From: Eubacteriales bacterium
GTDB taxonomy: Bacteria > Bacillota > Clostridia > Oscillospirales > CAG-272
Assembly (NCBI GenBank): GCA_045653805.1
Contig: JAZOMF010000075.1
Span: forward strand, 123,200-187,199
Length of the DNA: 64,000 nt
Reading direction: 5' to 3'
Part shown: positions 48,312 to 57,306 of the stretch, in pieces
Layout: each line of letters begins with the position of its first letter
How positions within the stretch are numbered: the first letter of the stretch is position 1
Program-made: the position numbers and the translations under genes
Notes under the pieces: model-generated
The model's input: only the letters and a program-made list of their open reading frames with translations
What the model was told of the DNA's origin: nothing
Databases searched by the model: none

Positions 48312-50090
48312 ATGTCTGAAAATGAAAAAAAAGACACCCAAGACCTTGATTTTTGGAATTTGGATCAATATATAAAAAAACGCCCCTCTCCTGCGCCCAT
48401 AAAGCCTTTTTCAAAAAGCTCTCTTGAGGCGGTAGAAGTGAGATCGGTAGAGAGCGGCAAAAATCAAGCAACTGTTACCCGCGAAAGTGCTTTTGGGGTC
48501 TCTCCATTCTCAAAAGCAAGCGAAAAGGTTGGAGAAGGCACTATCACGCGCTTTATCCCCCCTCACCGCGATCCCGCTTTTGCAAAAAAATACATTTTAT
48601 TTGAATATGTCCCCGAAAATCCATTGATAAAAAGTGTCAAGGTCTGCTCCGAGCGACCCGATGAAAAGGTATTTGTAGACACAAACCTTTTCATTAGAGA
48701 AAGACGCGTTATTTTGAACAAAAAGGCTTCCGAAACTCCTTACACGGCTTATTATTCCTACTCACCCAGATATTCGCAGATGAGCCGCGCGCAGCTTTCC
48801 TACTACCTTTGGTGGCGAGAAAACACGCGCAACGGCATTTTTCTTAAGGCTGACGAATCATATATAATCCTCTACGCCTACGAGCTTGCGGCAACGGGCG
48901 AGGGTGAGGACAAGGTGGCGGCACTCTCAATGCTCTGCGCACTTTTGACAAACTACACCGACAAAGAGCTGAATCCAATCTATCGCTTGATGATAAGGGA
49001 TATTTTATGTGATTTCTGCCTTATTCACGGTCTCGCGGCGCCTCGCGAGCTTTTGAGCAAGCTCAATCGCCAGTTGCTTTCAAACTCGTTTTTGCCCGAA
49101 TTTTTCATTGATCTTTCTGACGAAAACAGGTCAAGCGCACTGGAAATGGGTATATCAGCACTTTCGATGTATGATTACAGACGAAGTAAATTTTATTCCG
49201 ACGATACAAAAAAGCTTTTCAAGGATGCTATGAATGGCGCTATTGCTGCGCTTTTCTCAAATCCTGCCGCTTTTGAAACGATCACATCCTTTACAAACGG
49301 TGCTTACGGATGTGTCACCGCCGAGCGCAGACCCTTCTCTCGAATGGTCAATATCGTGAACAAAAGCATCAAGCTTGAGATCACCTACTATCAGATTTCA
49401 AATATTCAGCCCGCTGTCACCGATGCTATGCGGTATTCGGAGAACAGGATACGAGAGCATCTTGGTGTGAAGAACAAGCTCCATATTATGGGCATAAATC
49501 CTCTCGTCAAGGCGGCATTGGATGCTTATTTTGACGAACACTACCCTACCAAACCTATTATTGACAGGCGCAGAAAAAATGCCACTGTAAGCGAAGACGA
49601 GCCCCACGAATACGATCATTTTTACGATGCACCCAAGGTTGAGATCTCTCCCGAGCGAGCGCTGGAGATCGAGCGCGAATCATGGAGTACGACAAAGATC
49701 TTGACCGAGGCATTCGCAGACAGTGAAAAAGATACTATATTGAATGCTCCCGAGCTTATAATTGAACCGATATTTGATATTACAGCACCTCACAAAGAGA
49801 GTGATAAGCCCCAAATCAATGAAAATACCACCCCCGCGCATAAGACCTCCGCGCCAAGCACTCTTTTCGGTCAAATCAAGGACGAAATCGGAGAAATTGC
49901 CGAGTTTATCACTCTTTGCAAGCTGCAAAAAACAACTGAACAGCGCAAATTTGCCTTGTCGCACTCTCTTACCATTGACGAGATTGCAGACACCATAAAC
50001 GAATGCGCCGCAAATGTTTTTGGAGATATTATTCTCGAAGATGCCGGCGGATACTACACTATCATTGACGATTACATCGACCAATTCTGA
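48312..50090 (+). CDS. TerB-N / TerB-C domain protein (SngA-like)
   Basis: Start at MSENEKK (RBS AAAGGAGAGG). TerB-N-type block YYSYSPRYSQMSRAQLSYYLWWRENTRNG. C-terminal TerB-C-like block LTIDEIADTINECAANVFGDIILEDAGGYYTIIDDY. Confidence 0.75.
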   Translation: MSENEKKDTQDLDFWNLDQYIKKRPSPAPIKPFSKSSLEAVEVRSVESGKNQATVTRESAFGVSPFSKASEKVGEGTITRFIPPHRDPAFAKKYILFEYVPENPLIKSVKVCSERPDEKVFVDTNLFIRERRVILNKKASETPYTAYYSYSPRYSQMSRAQLSYYLWWRENTRNGIFLKADESYIILYAYELAATGEGEDKVAALSMLCALLTNYTDKELNPIYRLMIRDILCDFCLIHGLAAPRELLSKLNRQLLSNSFLPEFFIDLSDENRSSALEMGISALSMYDYRRSKFYSDDTKKLFKDAMNGAIAALFSNPAAFETITSFTNGAYGCVTAERRPFSRMVNIVNKSIKLEITYYQISNIQPAVTDAMRYSENRIREHLGVKNKLHIMGINPLVKAALDAYFDEHYPTKPIIDRRRKNATVSEDEPHEYDHFYDAPKVEISPERALEIERESWSTTKILTEAFADSEKDTILNAPELIIEPIFDITAPHKESDKPQINENTTPAHKTSAPSTLFGQIKDEIGEIAEFITLCKLQKTTEQRKFALSHSLTIDEIADTINECAANVFGDIILEDAGGYYTIIDDYIDQF

Positions 50091-50122
50091 TTATGCCGAG
50101 TTTCGGCAGAATGGAGATCAAA

Positions 50123-51523
50123 ATGAACGAAATTACTCAAAATAATATGCCCCAAGTGCCTCGCCGCATACTCTCTTCTCTGCTTTCCAGTATTTCTGCG
50201 GGAGTTGTACCGAGAGCGGGAGCCCCATATATTGCAATCGGCAGAAAGGATGAAATACAAGCCTTTCTATCCGATCTTGAAGAAATAAACGAGGGCGGCG
50301 GCGCTATGCGCTTTCTCATCGGTCGCTACGGAAGTGGTAAGAGCTTTCTTATCCAGCTTATCCGAGGATATGCCCTTGAGCGCGATTTTCTCACCGCAGA
50401 TTGCGACCTTTCCCCCGAGAGAAAGCTGAGCGGAAGCGGAAACAGTGCCATCGCAACATATCGCGAGCTGATGAAGAATCTTGCATCCAAGTCCTCTCCC
50501 GACGGCGGCGCTCTCCCCAAGATCATTTCCCGTTGGATAGGAAAGATTCGAGGCGACCTTATGGCGGAGGATATTTCTCCCGACGATGAAAAATTTGAGC
50601 GCGAGCTTGGCAAGCGCATCTACTCTGAGCTTTCCGACCTTGAATTTTTGGTTGGTGGCTTTGATTTTGCCCGTGTAATTTTAGAATATTACAAGGCGAG
50701 CATTTCCGACGGTGAGGAGGCTACCATTCGCATGAGCGCCTGCCTGCGCTGGCTTCGAGGCGAATATTCCACCAAGACTGAGGCTAAAAACGGACTTGGA
50801 TTCTCGGTATCGGTCATTATCAACGACGACAACTGGTACGATTTTCTCAAGCTTTGGGCGGTGCTTTCCAAGAAGATGGGCTACCGCGGACTTGTCGTGT
50901 TCATCGACGAGTGCGTAAACCTCTACAAGATTCCCCATCGAGTCAGCCGTGAGAACAACTACGAAAAGATACTTTCCATGTTCAACGATACTTTGCAGGG
51001 TCGCGCTCCCGGACTTGACATCATCTTCGGCGGCACGCCTCAATTCCTTGAGGACACACGCCGCGGTCTTTTCAGCTACGAGGCGCTTCGCTCCCGTCTT
51101 TGCGACAGCAAATTCGCACTTGAAGGATTTAAAAACCTCATCGGACCCGTTATCAGGCTGCGTCGCCTTACCGACGATGAGCTTTTCGCTCTCATTCAGC
51201 GTGTGACCGTACTTTATTCTCAATTCTACCAATGGGATTGCAGAGTTACAAACGAGGATAGACTTAAATTCCTTAATATCTGCCTCTCTCGTGCGGGTGC
51301 TGACAGTATGATAACTCCCCGTGAAATGCTCCGCGACTATATGACCGTTCTCAACATTCTGATGCAGAATCCCGAGGCAAGCTTTGATGACGTAGTAGGC
51401 AGCCACGTAACACTCAAAACTGACAAGGACTCTGACCCCGACGCGCTTTCAACCAATGAAAGCGAAGAGAGTGCCGCAAGTGCGCCCACTAAAAAATTTA
51501 CCGCTAACGATATAGAATTTTAA
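50123..51523 (+). CDS. DUF2791/BrxD-like P-loop ATPase (SngB-like)
   Basis: ISAGVVPRAGAPYIAIGRKDE...FLIGRYGSGKSFL (Walker A) and LVVFIDECVNL (Walker B). Start at MNEITQ (GGAG plus 6 nt); an ATG at 50093, 2 nt after the upstream stop, is the alternative. Confidence 0.75.
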   Translation: MNEITQNNMPQVPRRILSSLLSSISAGVVPRAGAPYIAIGRKDEIQAFLSDLEEINEGGGAMRFLIGRYGSGKSFLIQLIRGYALERDFLTADCDLSPERKLSGSGNSAIATYRELMKNLASKSSPDGGALPKIISRWIGKIRGDLMAEDISPDDEKFERELGKRIYSELSDLEFLVGGFDFARVILEYYKASISDGEEATIRMSACLRWLRGEYSTKTEAKNGLGFSVSVIINDDNWYDFLKLWAVLSKKMGYRGLVVFIDECVNLYKIPHRVSRENNYEKILSMFNDTLQGRAPGLDIIFGGTPQFLEDTRRGLFSYEALRSRLCDSKFALEGFKNLIGPVIRLRRLTDDELFALIQRVTVLYSQFYQWDCRVTNEDRLKFLNICLSRAGADSMITPREMLRDYMTVLNILMQNPEASFDDVVGSHVTLKTDKDSDPDALSTNESEESAASAPTKKFTANDIEF

Positions 51524-51558
51524 ACGCTCTGCTAAAAAGAGCCGCAAAAGGAGGATTT

Positions 51559-53907
51559 ATGACCGAAGCAGATCGCATTTTTGAGCGCTTTCCCGACTTC
51601 ATAAGAGAATATATCTACTCTCATTCTTGGGAATCTCTGCGCGCCGTTCAGGTTGCGGCAGCAAGGACTATATTTGACACCGAAAATAATCTTCTTCTCA
51701 CCTCCTCAACAGCCAGCGGCAAGACCGAGGCGGCATTCTTCCCCATCCTCTCGCTTTTAGAGGAGGATAAGCCCTCCAGCATCGGCGTGCTTTACATCGC
51801 TCCCTTGAAGAGCCTTATAAACGACCAATTTGAGCGACTTGAAGAGGTCTTGGATATGACGGGCGTTAAGGTGACCCATTGGCACGGCGACGTGGCGGCA
51901 TCTCACAAGCGCAAGCTACTTGAAAAGCCCGAGGGCATTTTGCAGATAACTCCCGAGTCCCTTGAAGCGATGCTTATCAATCGCTCCAATGATATTCCCC
52001 GTCTTTTCGGTGACCTCAGATTCGTGGTCATCGACGAGATACACACCTTAACGGGCACCGACCGAGGAAATCAGATAATCTGTCAGCTTTCCCGAATTGC
52101 TCACCTTATAGGCTATCATCCTCGCCGCATTGCCCTCTCGGCAACCATCGGTGATCCCTCTCTTGCAGCAGAATGGCTAAACGCCGACACGGGCCGCGAG
52201 ATAGACGTGCCCGAATTCGGTCAGGAGAAGATTCGCTGGAGACTTGGCCTTGAGCATTTCTACATTCAAAATCCCGAGCTTGAAAAGCTTAAAGCGGAAG
52301 AAGAAAAGGCTAAGATCGCCGACAAAAAATCAAATAAAGATGACGTACTGTTCGTAGAAAAGGTCAAAGATGCCCCAAGCGGCAACGATTATAACGGAGA
52401 CTCCGCATCATACGAAAATAACGGCTTGAAAAAGCCCTATTACATCGACCCCGGTTACGAATATGCCTACGATTGTGTAAAAGACAAAAAATCCTTGGTT
52501 TTCTCAAATTCACGAGAGGAAACCGAATACGTTTGCGCAACTCTCCGCCAGATAGCAAAATATCGAGGAGATGAAGATAGCCATATCCTCATTCATCATG
52601 GAAACCTCTCGGCGTCACTCCGTGAGGAGGCTGAAATGAAGATGCGTGACGACGAGGAATTTGCCGTCACCTGCGCTACGGTAACAATGGAGCTTGGCAT
52701 CGACATAGGTCAGCTTGAGCGAGTTATGCAGATAGAAGCGCCCAACAGTGTTTCAAGCTTTTTGCAAAGGCTGGGGCGCTCGGGCAGAAGAAGTCAGACA
52801 CCCGAAATGATGATGGTATTCCGCGAGGAGGAGGCTCTGCCCAACACACCTCTCCCACAAATCATTCCGTGGGAGCTGCTACGAGGTATAGCTATCATTC
52901 AGCTTTACATTGAAGAGCGATTTATCGAGCCGCCCTCACGCAAAAAGATGCCATTCAGTCTGCTTTTCCATCAGACGCTCTCAACTCTTGCGTCCTGCGG
53001 CGAGCTGACTCCCGCAAGGCTTGCGCAGAGAGTTCTATCTCTCCCTCCCTTTAGGTTTGTAAGCCGCGAGGACTACAAGGAGCTTATCGTTTCCATGCTC
53101 AACAACGAGTTTTTGGAAATGACCGAGGAAAAGGGTCTTATCGTGGGTCTTGTTGGCGAGAGATTGCTTAAAAGCTTTAAATTCTACGCCGTTTTCAAGG
53201 ATAGTGAGGACTTCACCGTCCGTTGCGGCTCGGATGAAATAGGCACTATAACCACCCCTCCCCCCGTGGGCGACCGATTTGCTCTTGCAGGTCGCGTTTG
53301 GGAGGTCGAAGAGCTGGACGTACAAAGAAAGCTCCTTTACGTCAAAAAGGTTGACGGAAAAATGGAGGTCTCATGGCCCGGTGACTTCGGTGAGATACAC
53401 ACCAAAATTTTGCGCCGTATGAAGCAGATACTTGAGGAGGATACAGTTTACCCATATCTCAAGGAAAACGCCGTAAAGCGCTTAAATCAGGCTCGTGCGA
53501 CCGCAAGAAACACTGGTATGCTTGAACACTCCCTGGTTCACCTTGGCGGATACTCTTGGTGCCTCTTCCCTTGGCTCGGCACTCGCTCCTTCCGCACTCT
53601 GCGCAAGTATATAAAGAAAAACGCCGCCGAAAATAATATCAGCGGCATTGAGTTCGAGGGATGCTATTACATCACCTTCAAGATGGAAAAGGTCAGCGAC
53701 ATTCAGTTTGTGTCCCGCCTGCTTGACGGCGTTGAGCGCGAGGGTATCATCTGTGAGCACCTCGTTGAAAACAGCGAGATACCCGTATTTGAAAAGTACG
53801 ACAATTATATTCCCCATTCTCTGCTCCGCAAAGCCTACGCCGCGGATAAGCTCCGCGCCGACGAGGCAGAAGAACAGATCCGACATATATTTGAAGAGTT
53901 TGAATAA
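51559..53907 (+). CDS. Lhr/BrxHI-like SF2 (DEAD/DEAH-box) helicase with ~330-aa C-terminal extension (SngC-like)
   Basis: Motif I SSTASGKTEAAF, motif II VVIDEIHTL, motif III SATIGD, motif VI QRLGRSGRR. RBS AAAGGAGG. Confidence 0.85.
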   Translation: MTEADRIFERFPDFIREYIYSHSWESLRAVQVAAARTIFDTENNLLLTSSTASGKTEAAFFPILSLLEEDKPSSIGVLYIAPLKSLINDQFERLEEVLDMTGVKVTHWHGDVAASHKRKLLEKPEGILQITPESLEAMLINRSNDIPRLFGDLRFVVIDEIHTLTGTDRGNQIICQLSRIAHLIGYHPRRIALSATIGDPSLAAEWLNADTGREIDVPEFGQEKIRWRLGLEHFYIQNPELEKLKAEEEKAKIADKKSNKDDVLFVEKVKDAPSGNDYNGDSASYENNGLKKPYYIDPGYEYAYDCVKDKKSLVFSNSREETEYVCATLRQIAKYRGDEDSHILIHHGNLSASLREEAEMKMRDDEEFAVTCATVTMELGIDIGQLERVMQIEAPNSVSSFLQRLGRSGRRSQTPEMMMVFREEEALPNTPLPQIIPWELLRGIAIIQLYIEERFIEPPSRKKMPFSLLFHQTLSTLASCGELTPARLAQRVLSLPPFRFVSREDYKELIVSMLNNEFLEMTEEKGLIVGLVGERLLKSFKFYAVFKDSEDFTVRCGSDEIGTITTPPPVGDRFALAGRVWEVEELDVQRKLLYVKKVDGKMEVSWPGDFGEIHTKILRRMKQILEEDTVYPYLKENAVKRLNQARATARNTGMLEHSLVHLGGYSWCLFPWLGTRSFRTLRKYIKKNAAENNISGIEFEGCYYITFKMEKVSDIQFVSRLLDGVEREGIICEHLVENSEIPVFEKYDNYIPHSLLRKAYAADKLRADEAEEQIRHIFEEFE

Positions 53908-53956
53908 ATTAATCTACCCCCGACAGTACTGTCGGGGGTAGACCTAAGTGCGGCTG
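53860..53956 (+). repeat. Helicase 3'-end module, copy A (in situ): last ~15 codons, stop, 12-bp GC hairpin and ACCTAAGTGCGGCTG
   Basis: Aligns base-for-base over 97 nt with 57180-57276 (about 90% identical by eye). Hairpin is CTACCCCCGACA-GTAC-TGTCGGGGGTAG at 53914-53941. Confidence 0.9.
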
Positions 53957-54030
53957 AAAAATACACATTGTTTATATATTGATTTTGTATTTTTTATGTA
54001 ATACAGTTTTTAAGGACAGTAATTCTAATT

Positions 54031-54696
54031 TTATTCCTGCTGTGCCTCTTGTGAAAATATGTTGTCTGCAATAACCTTTGCAAACTGAATGTTCAATTTG
54101 GGATATATTTCATTCATTATTTTTCTTGATTCTTCAATTTTTCCCTGCTTGAATAAAAATATGGCGTTGAGATAATTCACCATATTTTCCGTTTCGTTAG
54201 TTTCCTTTAAAGATTCATAGTAACCTTCTGCAGTTTTCAAGTCATTCTGAAGCAGATAATACATACACAACCAACTGCTTTTAAATGCTTTTCTATGCTT
54301 TACGGCATTAATATGCTTTAAAAATTTTTCGTTATCTACTTTTGCTAAAAAGGAAACAGCGAGCATTCCGTTAAGATCGTCAATTATGCGCCGCACACTT
54401 GGGAAGGGCGATGTTTTTGATATGATATAATACCATTTAGTTATTTTTTTGCCTTTTGAAATAACAACATCATAGTTTCCTGACAAATAAGCATTGTATG
54501 CTTTCATATAAAGTCCTCTTGCAACAAGACTGACTATAAAAAATATAAAGATCAGAATTAGCAAAACAAAGGGCAGTGCTATTATGGCAAGAGATCCAAA
54601 AATCGTGATGAAGGCACGAAGCAAATCTCTTATACTAATAAACAAACAGACAATAAAAACATAAATAACGTATAATATCTGATTTAACGTTTCCAT
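54031..54696 (-). CDS. Membrane-anchored helical-repeat (TPR-like) protein, paralog of 56227-56817
   Basis: ATG behind GGAGGTG. Two N-terminal TM helices. C-terminal half aligns with the paralog (FLKHINAV...LCMYYLLQNDLKTAEGYY...FLFKQGKIEESRKIMNEIYPKL...KVIADNI). Confidence 0.65.
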   Translation of the reverse strand: METLNQILYVIYVFIVCLFISIRDLLRAFITIFGSLAIIALPFVLLILIFIFFIVSLVARGLYMKAYNAYLSGNYDVVISKGKKITKWYYIISKTSPFPSVRRIIDDLNGMLAVSFLAKVDNEKFLKHINAVKHRKAFKSSWLCMYYLLQNDLKTAEGYYESLKETNETENMVNYLNAIFLFKQGKIEESRKIMNEIYPKLNIQFAKVIADNIFSQEAQQE

Positions 54697-54722
54697 ACAC
54701 ACCTCCAAAAATTAAAATTGCA

Positions 54723-54890
54723 TTAAAGTATAGGGATAACAGGATTACCCAATAGAATTGATATGGGTGCAGAGGTTACGTTACCTGCTGCATCGTAGCT
54801 GAAGGCCTCGACAGAAACTATCGAGTTATCGGAAGTCTTTCTGATCACTCTGGCAGTTACTCTGCTGAGTTCATCATAAGTATAACACAT
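54723..54890 (-). pseudogene. RHS/YD-repeat fragment (55 codons, no RBS, stop 8 codons upstream of its ATG)
   Basis: Translation is MCYTYDELSRVTARVIRKTSDNSIVSVEAFSYDAAGNVTSAPISILLGNPVIPIL. It contains two YD-repeat cores (YTYDELSRVT and FSYDAAGNVTS) at the canonical spacing. Confidence 0.6.
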
Positions 54891-54917
54891 TTTGGTCGAA
54901 CTTGCAAGTACTTAGAT

Positions 54918-54948
54918 AAAAAAACAGCCGCACCCGAAAGTGCGGCTG
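54918..54948 (-). terminator. Intrinsic terminator after the bPH-domain gene
   Basis: CAGCCGCAC-CCGAAA-GTGCGGCTG, followed by a T-run on the minus strand. Confidence 0.75.
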
Positions 54949-55010
54949 GAAAACAATGTTTTTAATACTTAATGAAAACTGTAAAGAAGCAAATTGTGTA
55001 ACTAAACTAT

Positions 55011-55529
55011 TTAATTCTTATTATCCAAAGACCTAACGTTATCTTTACAATTTAATATGAAAGACTCAATTGTACTTTGATGTTTTTTTAATACTATACC
55101 ATAAACACAATGAGTTTTAATATCAGGAAGATGAGAAATGTGCTTCTTGGCGTATATTTGGTTATTTCCGGAAAAAGTCAAATGGGCGATACCCAAAACT
55201 CGTTCGACAACATTTTGTTGCAATTCAATTTTGGTAATATTAGTTACAGTATAATGCGTTTTTACACATTTAAAACCGCTTCCTCCGGGTGTTGGAAAAG
55301 TGATGGGAGTAACATATTTTATTTTGCAGTTATCTAACTCAATATATTTGGGAAAGTTCAATGGAGAGACAATCAAATATATTAATAAAACTATGATCGC
55401 AGCTAAAACAAGATCATATCTGAATGGTCGTATCATTGCCATCACAACGGAAACAGCGAAAAGAAGTATAAATACTAAATAAAATTTCGAATTGAAAATA
55501 TTACCATATCTGCATAATTTAAGTTTCAT
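55011..55529 (-). CDS. Membrane protein with bacterial PH (bPH_2/YdbS-like) domain
   Basis: ATG behind GGGAGAAG. Two TM helices, then ITKIELQQNVVERVLGIAHLTFSG. Confidence 0.6.
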   Translation of the reverse strand: MKLKLCRYGNIFNSKFYLVFILLFAVSVVMAMIRPFRYDLVLAAIIVLLIYLIVSPLNFPKYIELDNCKIKYVTPITFPTPGGSGFKCVKTHYTVTNITKIELQQNVVERVLGIAHLTFSGNNQIYAKKHISHLPDIKTHCVYGIVLKKHQSTIESFILNCKDNVRSLDNKN

Positions 55530-55684
55530 TTTCTTCTCCCGCGACAAAAATAATAATTATGCCTTAATCAAATAGTTCTCTCAAACAAAAATTGTAATTT
55601 TTGAACTAGTTATAACGCAAATTGCTTTTATTTTTTCTAAATATATTTTGTTGCAAGCATTATCAAATGCGTTTTCTTGTATTA

Positions 55685-56131
55685 TTATGAAATTTCAACT
55701 AAGCCAAGTACAAATTGGAATGAGGTAAATCCTTCACCGTAATTATCAGAAAGATATACCATGGTTAAGTAAAGAACTTCTCCGTCAGTCAGCGTCACTG
55801 TATAGGTCGCATGCTCTTCCATGGTGTTTCCTGATGTACTGAAAGAATTTTGAACATTAAAGCTTATTTGCTCTATTGAAATGGCTTCGCGACCTGCCAA
55901 GTATCTACTCATTTGTGCGATAGCGGCATCGGAATTTTCAACTGATTGAGGGTGCATCATCTTTTTGGCATCAGACATGCTATTTTGTGCCAAAACCATC
56001 ATCATTTCCTCTACTTTAGGGAACGAGTCTACTTCGGTCGACACCCCTGACATATTTGTGTTACAAGCGCACGCCGTCCAACAGCCAAGCATAGACAACA
56101 AAATCAAAGTTAAACAGATTATTTTTTTCAT
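55685..56131 (-). CDS. Small lipoprotein of unknown function
   Basis: Lipobox MKKIICLTLILLSMLGC. 148 aa. No family assignable from memory. Confidence 0.6.
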   Translation of the reverse strand: MKKIICLTLILLSMLGCWTACACNTNMSGVSTEVDSFPKVEEMMMVLAQNSMSDAKKMMHPQSVENSDAAIAQMSRYLAGREAISIEQISFNVQNSFSTSGNTMEEHATYTVTLTDGEVLYLTMVYLSDNYGEGFTSFQFVLGLVEIS

Positions 56132-56226
56132 AGAAAATACTACCTTTAAAATTTGGTTTTTTAAATTAAGACTTTAGCAAAGAATAAATTACAAATATAA
56201 CTACTCCGACTAACATAGTAAAAATA

Positions 56227-56817
56227 TCAGCTTTTGATTACCGAATCTGCGATTTGTTTTAGTACAGGAATTGTTAGTTTATCAAATATCTCAAGCATTT
56301 TCGTTTTTGCAATCTCTTCATTTCCTTGCTTATATGCTTCGAAAGAAGTTAAAAACGTTCGTTGTACGTATGTTCTATCATCGGATGCAATCCGGGCATA
56401 GTGGGCAGATGCATTTTCAAAGTCGTTTTTGTTTAGATAGAATAACGATATCCAAAACTCTTTAATATCTATATTTAAGCTCAATTCGTTTATATGCAAT
56501 AAAAACTGATCATCATTAGATGTAGCAAAATATGAAACCGCAAGCGAAAAATGTAGATATTCCACTCTAGATAAAATCTGCTTAGTTAAGAGTCTTGCGT
56601 TATACTTCCGATAAATATGCAACAATTTCTCACCGTTTTCTATGATGTTGTTGTAATCGCCTATAACAAGTTTTTTTGTAATGTCCCGAAATCTCAACTC
56701 TAAAACAACAGAGCGAATCAACTGAAAAAATAAAATCAGAAAACATACTATCGCAGTAATTATGAGAAGGCTAGGATCAAAATGAACGGTAACATCGCCG
56801 ATCTGTGTTGTGAACAT
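56227..56817 (-). CDS. Membrane-anchored helical-repeat (TPR-like) protein, paralog of 54031-54696
   Basis: RBS GAGGT. N-terminal TM helix. Block FLLHINEL...ISLFYLNKNDFENASAHY...FEAYKQGNEEIAKTKMLEIFDKL...KQIADSV. Confidence 0.65.
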   Translation of the reverse strand: MFTTQIGDVTVHFDPSLLIITAIVCFLILFFQLIRSVVLELRFRDITKKLVIGDYNNIIENGEKLLHIYRKYNARLLTKQILSRVEYLHFSLAVSYFATSNDDQFLLHINELSLNIDIKEFWISLFYLNKNDFENASAHYARIASDDRTYVQRTFLTSFEAYKQGNEEIAKTKMLEIFDKLTIPVLKQIADSVIKS

Positions 56818-56840
56818 TATATATACCTCGCAAAATTATT

Positions 56841-56966
56841 TTAGTTTATGTTGGTAGCGGTGCTCCGCTGCCAGCCAAAGCGGAAGCCAATGCGCCTAAA
56901 GCGTAAAGTACCATAGCAACGGATCACCACTATGATAATTATTGCAATAATTTTTTTCTTGTTCAT
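56841..56966 (-). pseudogene. Truncated remnant: first 15 codons of a 57981-58538-type gene fused to unrelated sequence (41 codons)
   Basis: MNKKKIIAIIIIVVI (compare MNKRKIIAMIIIVVI at 58538), then RCYGTLRFRRIGFRFGWQRSTATNIN and a stop. It lies inside repeat copy 1. Confidence 0.6.
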
Positions 56967-57227
56967 AGCAAACCCTTTCTATAGATGAAGTTGAATTACA
57001 GATAATATGGTACCACGTATGAATTTTTGAAGAACTATTCCCATATGTTGGCTTGTATATTATATCATACATTACATTGAATGTCAATACAGCTCCCGTT
57101 AATGACTATTTATCCAAACAAAAAAATTAGCCCGCCGAGAAAATTTGAAGACAAGGCGCACCGGAGAAAGCAGGGTGCAGACGAGGCTGAAGAACAGATC
57201 AGAGCGATTTTTGAAGAATTTGAATAA
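56922..57227. repeat. ~305-bp direct repeat, copy 1 (signal-anchor codons, leader, minus-strand promoter and helicase-tail remnant)
   Basis: Collinear with 58494-58797 with scattered substitutions and 1-2-nt indels (read by eye). Confidence 0.9.
57059..57087 (-). promoter_or_regulatory. Exact consensus sigma-A promoter inside repeat copy 1
   Basis: Minus strand reads TTGACA, 17 nt spacer, TATAAT. It would drive the remnant ORF and the 56817-to-55011 genes. Confidence 0.7.
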
Positions 57228-57276
57228 ATTAATCTACCCCCGACAATACTGTCGGGGGTAGACCTAAGTGCGGCTG
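57180..57276 (+). repeat. Helicase 3'-end module, copy B (displaced)
   Basis: Encodes ...ADEAEEQIRAIFEEFE and a stop, then the same hairpin (57234-57261) and ACCTAAGTGCGGCTG as copy A. Confidence 0.9.
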
Positions 57277-57306
57277 CAAAAAATTTGATTATTGTTTGGG
57301 GATTTG

